DNA of 63,612 bases, filler included, from Octopus bimaculoides (GCF_001194135.2; 7 parts of 7 records of this genome joined end to end with filler, not necessarily neighbours in it), one strand, 5' to 3'; counted from the whole stretch's first letter, positions 12,935 through 24,044 are shown. Notes: generated by a model not told the origin, from the sequence alone. A program made the numbers and translations.

Positions 12935-14045
12935 TTCAGTCCCAGGTTATTTTTCTAATCCGGCAGACCTATGGTCAAAGATGTTCCAGAAGTGACCACC
13001 CTATCTTTTACTTCAGGCATAGTGTATCTAGGACTACATTATTTAATGTGTCGTTCTTTATTGTTTAGCCCCAGGTCAGTCCTGATCCAGCAGACCTATG
13101 ATCAAAGATGTCCCAGCTGTGACCATCCTGTCTTTTATTCAGGCATAGTGTATCTAGGACTACATTGTCTAATGTGTCCTTTCTTGTTATTTAGCCCAAG
13201 GTCAGGTCTAATCCAGACAGATCTATGATCAGTGATGTTCCAGAAGTGACCACCCGGTCTTTTATTCAGGCATAGTGTATCTAGGACTACATTATCTAAT
13301 GTATCCTTTCTTGTTATTTAGCCCAAGGTCAGTTCTGATCCAGTAGATATATGGTCAAAGGCATTCCAACTGTGACTATACTGTTTTTTATACAGACATA
13401 GTGTATCTAGGACTACATTATCTAATGTGTCTTTCCTTGTTGCTGGTGTTTAGCCCCAGGTCAGTTCTGATCCGACAGACCTATGATCAGTGATGTTCCA
13501 GCTGTGACCATCCTGTCTTTTATTCAGGCATAGTGTATCTAGGACTACATTATCTAATGTGTCCTTTCTTGGTATTTAGCCCCAGGTCAGTCCTGATCCA
13601 GCAGACCTATGATCAGTGATGTTCCAGCTGTGACCATACTATCTTTTATTCAGGCATAGTGTATCTAGGACTACATTATCTAATGTGTCCTTTCTTGTTA
13701 TTTAGCCCCTGGTCAGTCCTGATCCGACAGACCTATGACCAGAGATGTTTCAGCTCTAACCAGCCTGTCTTTTATTCAGGAATAGTGTATCTAGGACTAC
13801 ATTATCTAATGTATCCGTCTTTGTTGTTTTTGTTTAACCCAAGGTCAGGTCTAATCCAGACAGATCTATGATCAGTGATGTTCCAGCTGTGACCATCCTG
13901 TCTTTTATTCAGGCATAGTGTATCTAGGACTACGTTATCTAATGTGTCCTTCCTTGTTGCTGGTGTTTAGCCCCAGGTCAGTCCTGATCTGACAGACCTA
14001 TGATCAAAGATGTTCCGGCTGTGACCATCCTGTCTTTTTATGTGT
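12935..14045. repeat. Tandem array of ~125-bp units (8 copies), upstream of MYBBP1A exon 14403-14545
   Basis: GTGTATCTAGGACTAC recurs at ~13022, 13149, 13277, 13400, 13533, 13659, 13786 and 13919. Unit: ...ctaatgtgtcc..ttgtt.tttagccccaggtcagtcctgatccagcagacctatgatcaaagatgttccagctgtgaccatcctgtcttttattcaggcata. Confidence 0.95.
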
Positions 14046-14402
14046 CCTTTCATTTTCCAACATGGCTAGATATAGCTTGAGAGTGATTTGGCTGCTATTT
14101 CTCTCAGGTGGAGTGACCACATTAAGACCTCCCCCTTTTGTAGTTGTTGTTCGATCCCTGCCATAGCGGTCCTCACTGTAATGTTTCCCCTACTGCGGAA
14201 GCCCTGACTGTTTTGTCCCTTTCTGCCTTGAGCCCCTCAACACTTTGACCCTTTCACTTAAAGGTCAGTTTCCCTGATTGCAGTATCCTTTGCCTCGTAT
14301 TGGTCCTTGTCCCATTAAACCCTTCCATATTGACTGACCCTACCTGCCCTGTTCATTGTTACCCCCATTAACCTGTTAACCCCTTTTCTTTCACCTTTCC
14401 AG

Positions 14403-14545
14403 AGCCGGACTGGTTGGACGTCTTGCTCGATGTCCTCATTGCTATGATGACCCATCCTTCCAAACTGTCTCGTGCCATAGCGACCAGCATCTTCTCAGCC
14501 GTTACTGACCACATCACACCTCTGTCCCTTGGTCTTCTTACAGAG
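14403..14545 (+). CDS. MYBBP1A: MYBBP1A exon (EPDWLDVLLDVLIAMMTHPSKLSRAIATSIFSAVTDHITPLSLGLLTE), phase 1-0
   Basis: Acceptor ttcacctttccag and donor GAG|gtaagt. Strong resemblance to the conserved EPPWVEVLVEILLALLAQPSHLMRQVARSVFGHICSHLTPRALQLIL block of MYBBP1A/Pol5. Confidence 0.93.
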
Positions 14546-14992
14546 GTAAGTATATCTAGGACTACATTATCCAATGTGTCCTTTGTTGTTTTTGTCTAAC
14601 CCCAGGTCAATCCTGATCCAGCAGACCTATGATCAAAGATGTTCCAGTTGTGACCATCCTGTCTTTTATTCAGGCATAGTTTATCTAGGACTACATTGTC
14701 TAATGTGTCCTTCCTTGTTGTTGTTGTTTAACCTCAGGTCAGTCCTGATCCAGCAGACCTATGATCAAAGATGTTCCAGTTGTGACCATCCTGTCTTTTA
14801 TTCAGGCAAAGTGTATCTAGGACTACATTATCTAATGTGTCCTTCCTTGCATTGTTTAGCCCCAGGTCAGTCCTGATCCAGCTGACCTATGATCCGTGAT
14901 GTTCCAGTTGTGATCATCCTGTCTTTTATTCAGACATAGTGTATCTAGGACTACATTATCTAATGTGTCTTTCCTTGTTTATCCCCAGGTCA
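14546..14992. repeat. Continuation of the same ~125-bp tandem array (4 copies), starting at the exon donor site
   Basis: The core recurs at ~14550, 14680, 14811 and 14939. Confidence 0.95.
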
Positions 14993-15027
14993 GATTTTTC
15001 TAGCTAATATATGTAAATTTATATAGT

Positions 15028-15360
15028 GAAGGCGCATGGCTCAGTGGCTAGAGCGTCGAATTTACAACTGTGAGGTTGTGAGTTCAAATCCCAGACCGGG
15101 CTGTGTGTTGTGTTCTTGAGCAAGACACTTTATTTCACGTTGCTCCAGTTCACTCAGCTGTAGAAATGAGTTGCGACATCACTGGTGCCAAGCTGTATCG
15201 GCCCCTTTGCCTTTCCCTTGGATAACACTGGTGGCATGCAGAAGGGAGGCTGGTATGCATGGGCGACTGCTGGTCTTCCATAAACAACGTTGCCTGGACT
15301 TGTGCCTGGGAGGGTAACTTTCTAGGTGCAATCCCATGGTCATTCGTAACCGAAGGGGGT
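15028..15360 (+). mobile_element. tRNA-derived SINE (family E), intronic
   Basis: GAAGGCGCATGGCTCAGTGGCTAGAGCG (A box), GAGTTCAAATCCC (B box) and a TTCTTGAGCAAGACACT central domain. Partial copies lie at ~15775-15890, 15905-16050 and 26655-26790. Confidence 0.8.
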
Positions 15361-15466
15361 TTCCGAATATCACGTAAGTTTGGGTAAGTTTGATGTTTAT
15401 ATTATTATTATTAATGTGGCAGTTGTCAAAATATTTTAATTTTATCATTTTCATTTTTAATTTAAG

Positions 15467-15521
15467 ATTCTGATGAAGAAAACAACTGATATGGCTAACG
15501 ATGAAGATTTTATGTTTGGTG
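15467..15521 (+). CDS. MYBBP1A: MYBBP1A exon (ILMKKTTDMANDEDFMFG+G), phase 0-1
   Basis: Acceptor catttttaatttaag and donor GTG|gtaagt; bridges the phase-0 end at 14545 to the phase-1 start at 16730. Confidence 0.82.
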
Positions 15522-16224
15522 GTAAGTGAACATATATAAATATATACACACACACACATGCATGTTTGCATGATCACAGAAGTAAGCACATGAATACAAA
15601 ACAAGGTGGAAAAAAAAATAGTACTCAAATACCAAAGATAGAGCAATATGCTTTCATTGAAATTGTGAAATTATCACAGAACTGTTAATCGGAGTTTCAT
15701 GTTTTCCTGTTTGTTGGACCATGAAACTGAGTAAAAGTTTTGTGATAATTTTGCACAGTTGTGAGTCCAGCACCCTAGCTTAGTGGCTAGGGTGCTGGAC
15801 TCACAATTGTAAGATTGTGGTTTCAATCCCTGGATCAGGTGATCTGTTGTTCATGAGCAAAAGACTTCACCTCAGCTGTAGAAATGAGTACTACTAGTGG
15901 AAGTATGGTGCTTAGAGGTTAGGGTGTTGAATTCATGACCATAAGATTGTGGTTTCAGTCCCTGGACCGGGCGATGCATTGTGTTCTTGAGCAAAACACT
16001 TCATTTCACATTGCTCCGGTCCACTCAGCTGGCAAATATGAGTTTAACCTGGAGAGGGATGGGCTCTGTCAGGCTTTCTCACCCTTGATACACTGCATGG
16101 TTGCAGCACCACGACGCCCCTCTCCCCCAAGTAGTTAAGGGACTCGTCAACACGTTTCATTTGCTATTAGGAATTACGAAATTATACATGTTGGATAAAC
16201 GTGTAAGATATCTCCTATTTCAAA

Positions 16225-16600
16225 TTCAAACAAGAGCACTCAGAGAGTGCAAACCTCCACCAAAGTAACACTAATGTCATCTTAACGATTAGCCGGAGAT
16301 GATTTTTAATATGAGAATATCTGAAATAAACTCGACTGCTCTCACAAATGAGAATACTAAATATGAACCTGACCGCTCTCAAAAATTAAGTAAAAAAAAA
16401 CGGAAAAATAATCCAGAATCCTTGTCCAGTACCCAATCGAGTTTGTGCCAGTCACGAGGCCAAACATCCTTGAAAGTTTCATACGAATACGTCCAACACT
16501 TCTTGAGATATCTTGTCCACAGACAAACAAAGAAACAAACAAATACAACTGAAAACATTACTTCCACTTTCGCTAAGATGGAGGTAATAATATTATAGAC
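16225..16600 (-). mobile_element. Helentron-associated (HINE/DINE-1-like) non-autonomous element, intronic
   Basis: The ACCTCCACCAAAG subterminal motif (~16253) is inverted at the AAGATGGAGGT end (~16585). The terminal stem-loop is degenerate, and there is an internal (GACA/AACA)n tract, as in HINEs. Confidence 0.5.
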
Positions 16601-16729
16601 AGAGAATCTGATAATACTAATATTATTTGACTCTTTGAAGAAGAATTTCTAATAGTTCTAACATGTTGGTGATCGTTAAATTGTAATTAACCATGAATGA
16701 TGTTATTGTTGTTAAATTGTAATTAACAG

Positions 16730-16947
16730 ACGAAGAAGGTGAGTCTGAAGAGGAGGATGTAGAGATGTCTGAAAAAGGTGCCGATGACGACGAGGATGAA
16801 GAGGAGGAGGAGGAAGAGGATGATGATGATGAGGAGGAGGAGGAGGATAAAGATGGCAATGCAGCAGAGACCAATATGGAGGTCGATGAGGATTTCCGCC
16901 AGAAAGTGAAAAATGCCCTGGGGGATGCTGCAGATAATACGGATGAT
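16730..16947 (+). CDS. MYBBP1A: MYBBP1A acidic-region exon (DEEGESEEEDVEMSEKG...EVDEDFRQKVKNALGDAADNTDD), phase 1-0
   Basis: Acceptor aattaacag and donor GAT|gtaagt. A D/E tract followed by VDEDFRQKVKNALG matches the central acidic region and DVDxxFRxxL motif of MYBBP1A/Pol5. Confidence 0.9.
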
Positions 16948-16954
16948 GTAAGTA

Positions 16955-17335
16955 TGTGTGTAGGGATGTGTCAGGGTGTATGTGTGTGTGTGTGTGTGAG
17001 ACTGTCAGTATGTATGTGTGAGATTGTGTCAGTGTGCAGATGTGTGTGTGAGACACCGTGTCTGTATATGAGTGTGAGACTGTCACTGTGTGTATGTGCG
17101 TATGCATGTGTGCAAGACTGTCGGTATGTGTGTATGTATAGATGAGACTGTATGTGTGAGACCATGTATGTGTGTATATGTATGTGAGACTGCCAGCATC
17201 TGTGTGTGTGTGTGTGAGACTGTCATTTTGTGTGTATATATGTTTGAGACTGTGTCAGTGTGTGTGTGTATGTGAGACCATGTCTGTGTGTATATGTGTG
17301 TGAGACTGTGCCAGTATCTATGTGTGTGTGTGTCT
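16955..17335. repeat. Degenerate GT-rich minisatellite (tgtgtgtgagactgtgtcag-like) right after the acidic exon donor
   Basis: GTGAGAC recurs every ~35-60 bp. Confidence 0.8.
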
Positions 17336-17619
17336 GTCAGTCTTTCATTCATACTCACACTCTCACTGTATTTGTCTCTCAGCAACAACTTTTGTCTCCC
17401 CCTCTTTTTAAAAATACATTGTGACATATTTTGATTCCTCCCCTTCTTTCCCTCCCTCTAACAGATGTTGTGCCGGGCGGGCAGACAGACAGACAGATGG
17501 AGATCTGTTTTCTTTTTGTAATATAATTGATGATGATTCATAATTTATAATTTTCATTTTTGATCCTTTTCTTGCACCTTCTCGGTTTCGTCTCCACCAT
17601 TGGTTTTCCCATGTGACAG

Positions 17620-17765
17620 TCCGAAGAAGAACTGTCGGATCTCAGTGACAGCGAGATGATCAAACACGATGCTGCACTCGCTGCGGCATTTCGCAGTCGC
17701 AACCGAAGCGAAATCAAGAAAGTATCAAATGACAAGAAACAGCAACTGATAACCTTGAAGATCCG
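17620..17765 (+). CDS. MYBBP1A: MYBBP1A exon (SEEELSDLSDSEMIKHDAALAAAFRSRNRSEIKKVSNDKKQQLITLKI+CG), phase 0-2
   Basis: Acceptor cccatgtgacag and donor CCG|gtgagt. DSEMIKHDAALAAAF corresponds to the conserved DEAMMALDQSLASLF motif. Confidence 0.92.
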
Positions 17766-18051
17766 GTGAGTACATGGAACAAATAGGGGCTGCAATAAGG
17801 GTGGAGCACTTCTAGAAAACAGCACTGCTTGGAATCGCTTGAATACTCCGGATGGTGCTCGAAAAATATATACGACGGGCTTCTTTCAGCTTCTGTCTAC
17901 CAAATCCACTCACAAGGCTTTGGTTGGCCCGAGGCTATAATAGAAAACACTTGCCCAAGGTGCTACGCAGTGAGACTGAACCCGGAACCATGTGGTTGGT
18001 AAGTAAGCTACTTAGCACACAGCCACTCCTGTGCCTATAAATAAGTGTGTG

Positions 18052-18163
18052 AGGCTTACAGCACCTAGGTTTCCCAAGTGGTCACCCATCTAAGTACTAA
18101 CTAGGCTCGACGTTGCTTAACTTCGGTGATAGGACGAGAACCGATGCTCTCAGCATGATATGC
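18052..18163 (-). pseudogene. 5S rRNA pseudogene (5'-truncated), antisense inside a MYBBP1A intron
   Basis: The reverse complement GCATATCATGCTGAGAGCATCGGTTCTCGTCCTATCACCGAAGTTAAGCAACGTCGAGCCTAGTTAGTACTTAGATGGGTGACCACTTGGGAAACCTAGGTGCTGTAAGCCT follows the metazoan 5S rRNA consensus with scattered substitutions. The first few nucleotides are missing and there is no clean TTTT terminator. Confidence 0.85.
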
Positions 18164-18342
18164 TTAAATTAAAATAAAAACTTCTGATGAAACAATTGTA
18201 GCAACACCAGACAAACCCTTTGACTGTTGTTATTACTCACACACACACGTCTAAACACATACATATATAAATTGTGTTATGAGAGGATGTGTAAGAGTGT
18301 GACCTTTGAACCTTAACCGAGATTTTATTTTCCATTTTGCAG

Positions 18343-18400
18343 GTTACTCGATTTCATCGAAGTCCTCATCAAACAGAATCACAAAGCAGAAATAGTGACG
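18343..18400 (+). CDS. MYBBP1A: MYBBP1A exon (R-LLDFIEVLIKQNHKAEIVT), phase 2-0
   Basis: Acceptor ttccattttgcag and donor ACG|gtcagt. KIRLLDFIEVLIKQ corresponds to the conserved QIRVLDLVEVLVTKQ motif. Confidence 0.9.
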
Positions 18401-18720
18401 GTCAGTAACACTCTCTCTCTCTCTCTCTCTCTCTCCCCTGTCTCTATCTTTTTCTCCCCCATCTCTGTCTCTCTCTCCTTCTCTTTTTTCTGTCTCTCCA
18501 TCTCTATCTCTCCTTCTCTGTGTCTGTTTCTCCATCTCTGTCTTTCTCTTCATCTCTCTCACTTTCTTTCTGTCTCTCTATCCCTCCATTTCTGGCCGTC
18601 TCTCTCCGCTCCCCCCCCCCNNNNNNNNNNNNNNNNNNNNNNNNNNNNNNNNNNNNNNNNNNNNTTAATTAATTAANNNNNNNNNNNNNNNNNNNNNNNN
18701 NNNNNNNNNNNNNNNNNNNN

Positions 18721-18815
18721 GTCTTGAACTCCTCTGTGATTGCCTGGAGGACTATGGTAAATAATAGGGGGCTGAGGACGGAACCTTGGTGGACCCCTAC
18801 CTCTACCCGGAATTC
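18721..18815 (-). mobile_element. RTE LINE reverse transcriptase fragment
   Basis: The reverse complement encodes EFRVEVGVHQGSVLSPLLFTIVLQAITEEFK (RT domain 4 motif GVxQGSxLSPxLF). Confidence 0.85.
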
Positions 18816-20932
18816 ATTGCTGTACCCTGACTTTTAGAAACATTTTTTCATGTTAAGAATTGCTGAAGCATGGAATAAACTACCTCATGCTTCCTGAAAT
18901 TTGCCAACAGTACACCTGATGCCCCATTTCTTTTTTTTTTTTTGTAGATCTATTCACTGTTCAATTCCTGTGCATATTCTATGTATTGTTCAAACAGTTG
19001 TAGTTACTTTTTCTAATGAGTTGTAGTGCATCTGGGCATGGTGTACAACAAGTTCATTATAAAAGTAGCAACAATACAGAAAGCAGACTGGATTATAAAA
19101 ATCTATATGACACTCTAAACATAATAATAGCAGTTGTACACCTGCTTGTACACAGTGTATAGCACTGGAAGTAATAATTATGAAGCCATTATCAGGGCTT
19201 AGAGGATACAAAAATGAGCCAACTGAGTCTAGATGTCAGTGGTATACAGTCAGCGATGACATGGGATCTTCTTCTAGCACATTAGCAGTCCACCTAGTGG
19301 CCTCCTTTATATATATTTTTATATATTTTTATATATACATACACAATAATCCTTTGAGATCTCAGATTTTTTTTCTGAATCTCCCTGATTCTTTTAATGT
19401 GTTTGTTACCTGGTATTAAATTAATATTAATTAATATCCAATTTTTTACCCTATTGTCAGCGATATAGATAAGAAACTCTTGTCAAAAGATAAGAAACCA
19501 TTGCAGTAGCTATAAAAGAGTCAAGTATTCTGATAGAGGTTGACTGTAGTTAATGACTGGAGAATTTGATGACTGAAGAGTTTGTTCATAATACAGATGG
19601 CTCTTTTTGATATAGTCCGGTATGTCTACGTGGTGCCAGCAGTATTTTAATGTAGTTAGGTGGTGGTGATAGTGGTGGTGGAATCTAATTATTGTATAAG
19701 GTTACATGTGGAAATTGAGATAAACCTTGCGATGTGGGGGTCATTGTGGGAGGTCATTGGGTTCAGCTTTGGCATGTGTATGGAGTGAAGTGGTTTTAGC
19801 TGTGTGCTATTATTTATCCCCCCCCCCACACACAACACAAGTCATATTGGTTTCAAATCTTGGCACACACCTCCACCACCACCACCACCACACAGACTTT
19901 ATTTATTTGCTTCCATTATAACAAAGTATTTATTTGTTTGTTTTTATTTTATGACTTATTTTTCTTCAATTCTCGATTCCTAAAATGATATTTTCCTTAT
20001 ATGCAATTATTATGATTATAATCATGGATATATTCTTTCTAATTCTGGCTCAAGGCCAGCAATTTTAAGAAGTAGGAAACTCAGTTACATCAAACCCCAC
20101 CCATTTTATTTTATTGAACCTGAAAAGATGAAAGGCAAACTTGACCTTGACACAATCTGAACTCAGAATGTAAGGAGCTGGAAGAAATTTTGTTAGGCAG
20201 TTTTCCAATGGGCTAACAATCCAGCCAACCCACTGCCTTTGTTACTTCATATATATGCAAGTTATGTGATTCAGTTTTATCCAACTTTTACTCATTCTTA
20301 ATGTTTATATTACTTTTTGTCAGTGGTTAATCATATTCAATAGAGTTCATTAATTTTGAAAAGTTACAACTCCTCTGTGCAATCAGCTTTAAATGTTTGC
20401 TTGATGAGTTACCAAATTAATTTCACTGCGCCATATATATATATCATCATAATCATTTAACGTCCATTGCCCATGCTGGTTTGGGTTGGACGGTTTGAAC
20501 ATTGAGTATCTGAAATCCTGTGTGATTGTTTGTGAAGATCTTCACCTACAGTAAAATACTATATTTTACTCTATCTTTGTATTAAAGTACTTTTACCTCC
20601 ACCTTGTTTTGCACCCGTGTTTTGCATGCATGCATGTATGTATGTATGTATGTATGTATGTATGTATGTATGTATGTATGTGTGTATGTATGTATGTATG
20701 TATGTGTGTGTGTATGTATGTGTGTATGTGTGTATGTATGTATGTATGTATGCATGCATGCATGTATGTATGTATGTTTTCTTTGAAACTTATTTTAGTT
20801 CTTTTTCATAGGGTTCAAGCCAGTTGTTAACAGTGATATTGTTTGGTAAGAAGTTTTAACTTAGATAAATTTATGACCAGCTTATTATGTATATATATAT
20901 ATGAATATATATATATATATATATATAACATA

Positions 20933-21814
20933 GGTAAGAAAGTTCTTGGACAAGTCATTGTTGCAAGTCATTGAAGCTGATCCAATGCAAACTGCACATC
21001 AACTTGCGGTACAGTTTGGCGTCTCCTATGTCATGATCATCAACCACCTGCATCGTCTGGGTAAAGTCAGCAAGCTTGGAAAATGGGTGCCACATGAATT
21101 GACTGAAACAAACAAACAAGCATGTGTCACTGCATATCAAAGTCTGCTCTGGTGAAGCCGAAGATTCAATTGGTTGGAGTCAGTAATCACTATGGATGGA
21201 AAATGGGTACTGTACTCCAACATGAGGTGCAGATAATCCTGGTGTAGCAAAGGTCAACAGCCAAAACTTTCGCCAAAAGGATTGCTTGTGCAAAAGAAGG
21301 TTATGATCTCAGTTTGATGGGATTGCTGTGGTGCGATCATGTTGGATCTTCTCCAATGCAATACCACCGTTGACAAGGATGTCAACTGTGAACAAATCGA
21401 CTGTCTAAAGATCACGCTGGCTGAAAAAAGATCAAATTTGAAGAAGATAATTTACCACCAAGACAACTCGCCAGCACATCATGCAAAGAAGCTGAAGGAT
21501 GCAGGCTGGGAGATTATGGTGCATCCATTGTATTCTCCTGACCTCACCCCTTCTGACTGCCACTTATTCTCTGCCTTGCAACGTGCGATTGGTGATACAG
21601 AGTTCGAAAACGAGGAAGATGTGAAATCGTTCCTTTATGACTTTATTGATTCAAAGCCACGTGATTTCTGGATGAAAGGATTCAAAACTTTGCCTGAAAG
21701 ATGGCAAAAGGTGATCGATAACGAGGGAGATTATCTTTTGGATTGATTGTTCTTTGTTGTTTTTTTAATTGTTAATAAAGTGACATGTTAAAAGTGTCCA
21801 AGAACTTTCTTACC
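20933..21814 (+). mobile_element. Internally deleted mariner (DD34D) element with perfect 20-bp TIRs
   Basis: GGTAAGAAAGTTCTTGGACA at 20933-20952 is inverted at 21795-21814. Motifs WVPHEL, ITMDGKWVLY, YHQDNSPAH, HPLYSPDLTPSDCHLF and LPERWQKVIDNEGDY are present, with stops and frameshifts. Confidence 0.92.
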
Positions 21815-21825
21815 AAACTGCTATA

Positions 21826-22042
21826 TCATCATCATCATCATCGTTTAACGTCCGCTTTCCATGCTAGCATGGGTTGGACGATTTGACTGAAGACTGGTGG
21901 AACCCGAAGGCTACACCAGGCTACAATCTGATTTGGCAGAGTTTCTACAGCTGGATGCCCTTCCTAACGCCAACCACTCTGAGAGTGTAGTAGGTGCTTT
22001 TACGTGTCACCCGCACGAAGGCCAGTCAGGCGATGCTGGCAA
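21826..22042 (-). mobile_element. Family F retroelement 3' end, cut off by an N-gap
   Basis: Matches 36145-36370. Confidence 0.78.
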
Positions 22043-24044
22043 CGGCCACGTTCAAAATGGTANNNNNNNNNNNNNNNNNNNNNNNNNNNNNNNNNNNNNN
22101 NNNNNNNNNNNNNNNNNNNNNNNNNNNNNNNNNNNNNNNNNNNNNNNNNNNNNNNNNNNNNNNNNNNNNNNNNNNNNNNNNNNNNNNNNNNNNNNNNNNN
22201 NNNNNNNNNNNNNNNNNNNNNNNNNNNNNNNNNNNNNNNNNNNNNNNNNNNNNNNNNNNNNNNNNNNNNNNNNNNNNNNNNNNNNNNNNNNNNNNNNNNN
22301 NNNNNNNNNNNNNNNNNNNNNNNNNNNNNNNNNNNNNNNNNNNNNNNNNNNNNNNNNNNNNNNNNNNNNNNNNNNNNNNNNNNNNNNNNNNNNNNNNNNN
22401 NNNNNNNNNNNNNNNNNNNNNNNNNNNNNNNNNNNNNNNNNNNNNNNNNNNNNNNNNNNNNNNNNNNNNNNNNNNNNNNNNNNNNNNNNNNNNNNNNNNN
22501 NNNNNNNNNNNNNNNNNNNNNNNNNNNNNNNNNNNNNNNNNNNNNNNNNNNNNNNNNNNNNNNNNNNNNNNNNNNNNNNNNNNNNNNNNNNNNNNNNNNN
22601 NNNNNNNNNNNNNNNNNNNNNNNNGCATATTTTTCTTTTTAATTGAATTTAGTTAAGCACTAAATGGTAAAGATACTTACAAACTGTTTCACAAAATAAT
22701 GAAGTAAGAATTGAGACATACAAACTAAAATAACTCAGTGGGTGGAACAAATTGAAACAATATTTTTCTTGTCAAAATATAATCATAGAGTGGGACAATG
22801 TCTGTTTCAGTGTAACAACCAATATCAAACAATAGCAGTTTGAGCTGAAACATGGAATCAACCAGAAAGTTAGCAACACCCAAACTTCAATTACCTTATG
22901 CTAATAGATTATGTGACAACAAAGAGCTGAGAATGTGTCTTACTTTTATATGCTTTAATAAATAAGTACTAACTCTCCAATTCAAAATGATAACTTGAAC
23001 AGATTATCTTACTCATGTTTCTTCACCTTCCCTTATGCAATAGGAAATTACTTAAATGAAGAACAAATAGTTGTGTCTTTTCCTGGCTTATTTAACCTTA
23101 TAACCTAAACACCATAAACAGCAGCATCTCGCTGCCTGTAAGAGTTACAAAACAAAACAAAATGAAAAGCCTCATTTGATCTATTAAGTGACAGGAATGA
23201 AAACAAAGATAGACGGTATTCAATGAGAAAACCAATTATCTGCAGTCTTCTACGGTATTAAATACCACAGCTACAGGCCAACCCTTGCAAGAACTGCCAA
23301 CAAACTGATAATCAATAAACAGTTTCTAAATATAACAGCAAATAGTGAACAGAACTAGATTTTGTTTCAGGATTAAAAAAAATACTATTTGAGTTGGGGT
23401 TTTTTTTTGCATCATTTTCAATCACATGTTCTCAAAATACACCATATATGATTTACTCTTTACTGTCTTTTTGCTTGCGTCAGTCACTGAATGAGCTATG
23501 ACCATACTGGGGCACTATCTTGAAGGATTTACTTGATCAAATTGTCCGATACTTAGTGTTTAAGTCTGGTACTTATTATCTTGGTCTCTTTTTGCTGAAC
23601 TGCTAGGTTATGGGAATGTAAGCAAACCAACTCCAGTTGTCAAGCAGTAAGAGACAAATACTAATGCAAAGATGTGCACAAACACACACACGCACACACA
23701 CATGCATTCACACACACACATGCATTTACACACACATGCATCCACACAGTGTGTGTGAGTATATATCTACATATATATATAGTTTACTTTTCTATTAAGG
23801 TAAAATCAACAAAAAAATTATTCTAACTGGTGAGAGATAAATATTGTTTTATGTACACAACATATAGTTATGAGCTACTAATAGTTTCATACATTGGAAA
23901 TGATGTCTAGGCAGGTTTTAATAACATGGCTTTTGATAACATGCCTAGTATCTCTAAGCAATCTTGAGGCTCTGAGCACATGGCCTATACAAGTTACAAA
24001 TCAGGACAATAGAACACACAGTATATATATGATATTTATACAAT

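Noticed and set aside
12935-14992. CRISPR-like regularly spaced repeats
   Set aside because: The whole ~125-bp unit is repeated with no unique spacers, the context is eukaryotic, and there are no cas genes.
15028-15105. tRNA-like sequences with A and B boxes (also at 58780-58858 and elsewhere)
   Set aside because: These are SINE heads continuing into SINE bodies; no complete cloverleaf.
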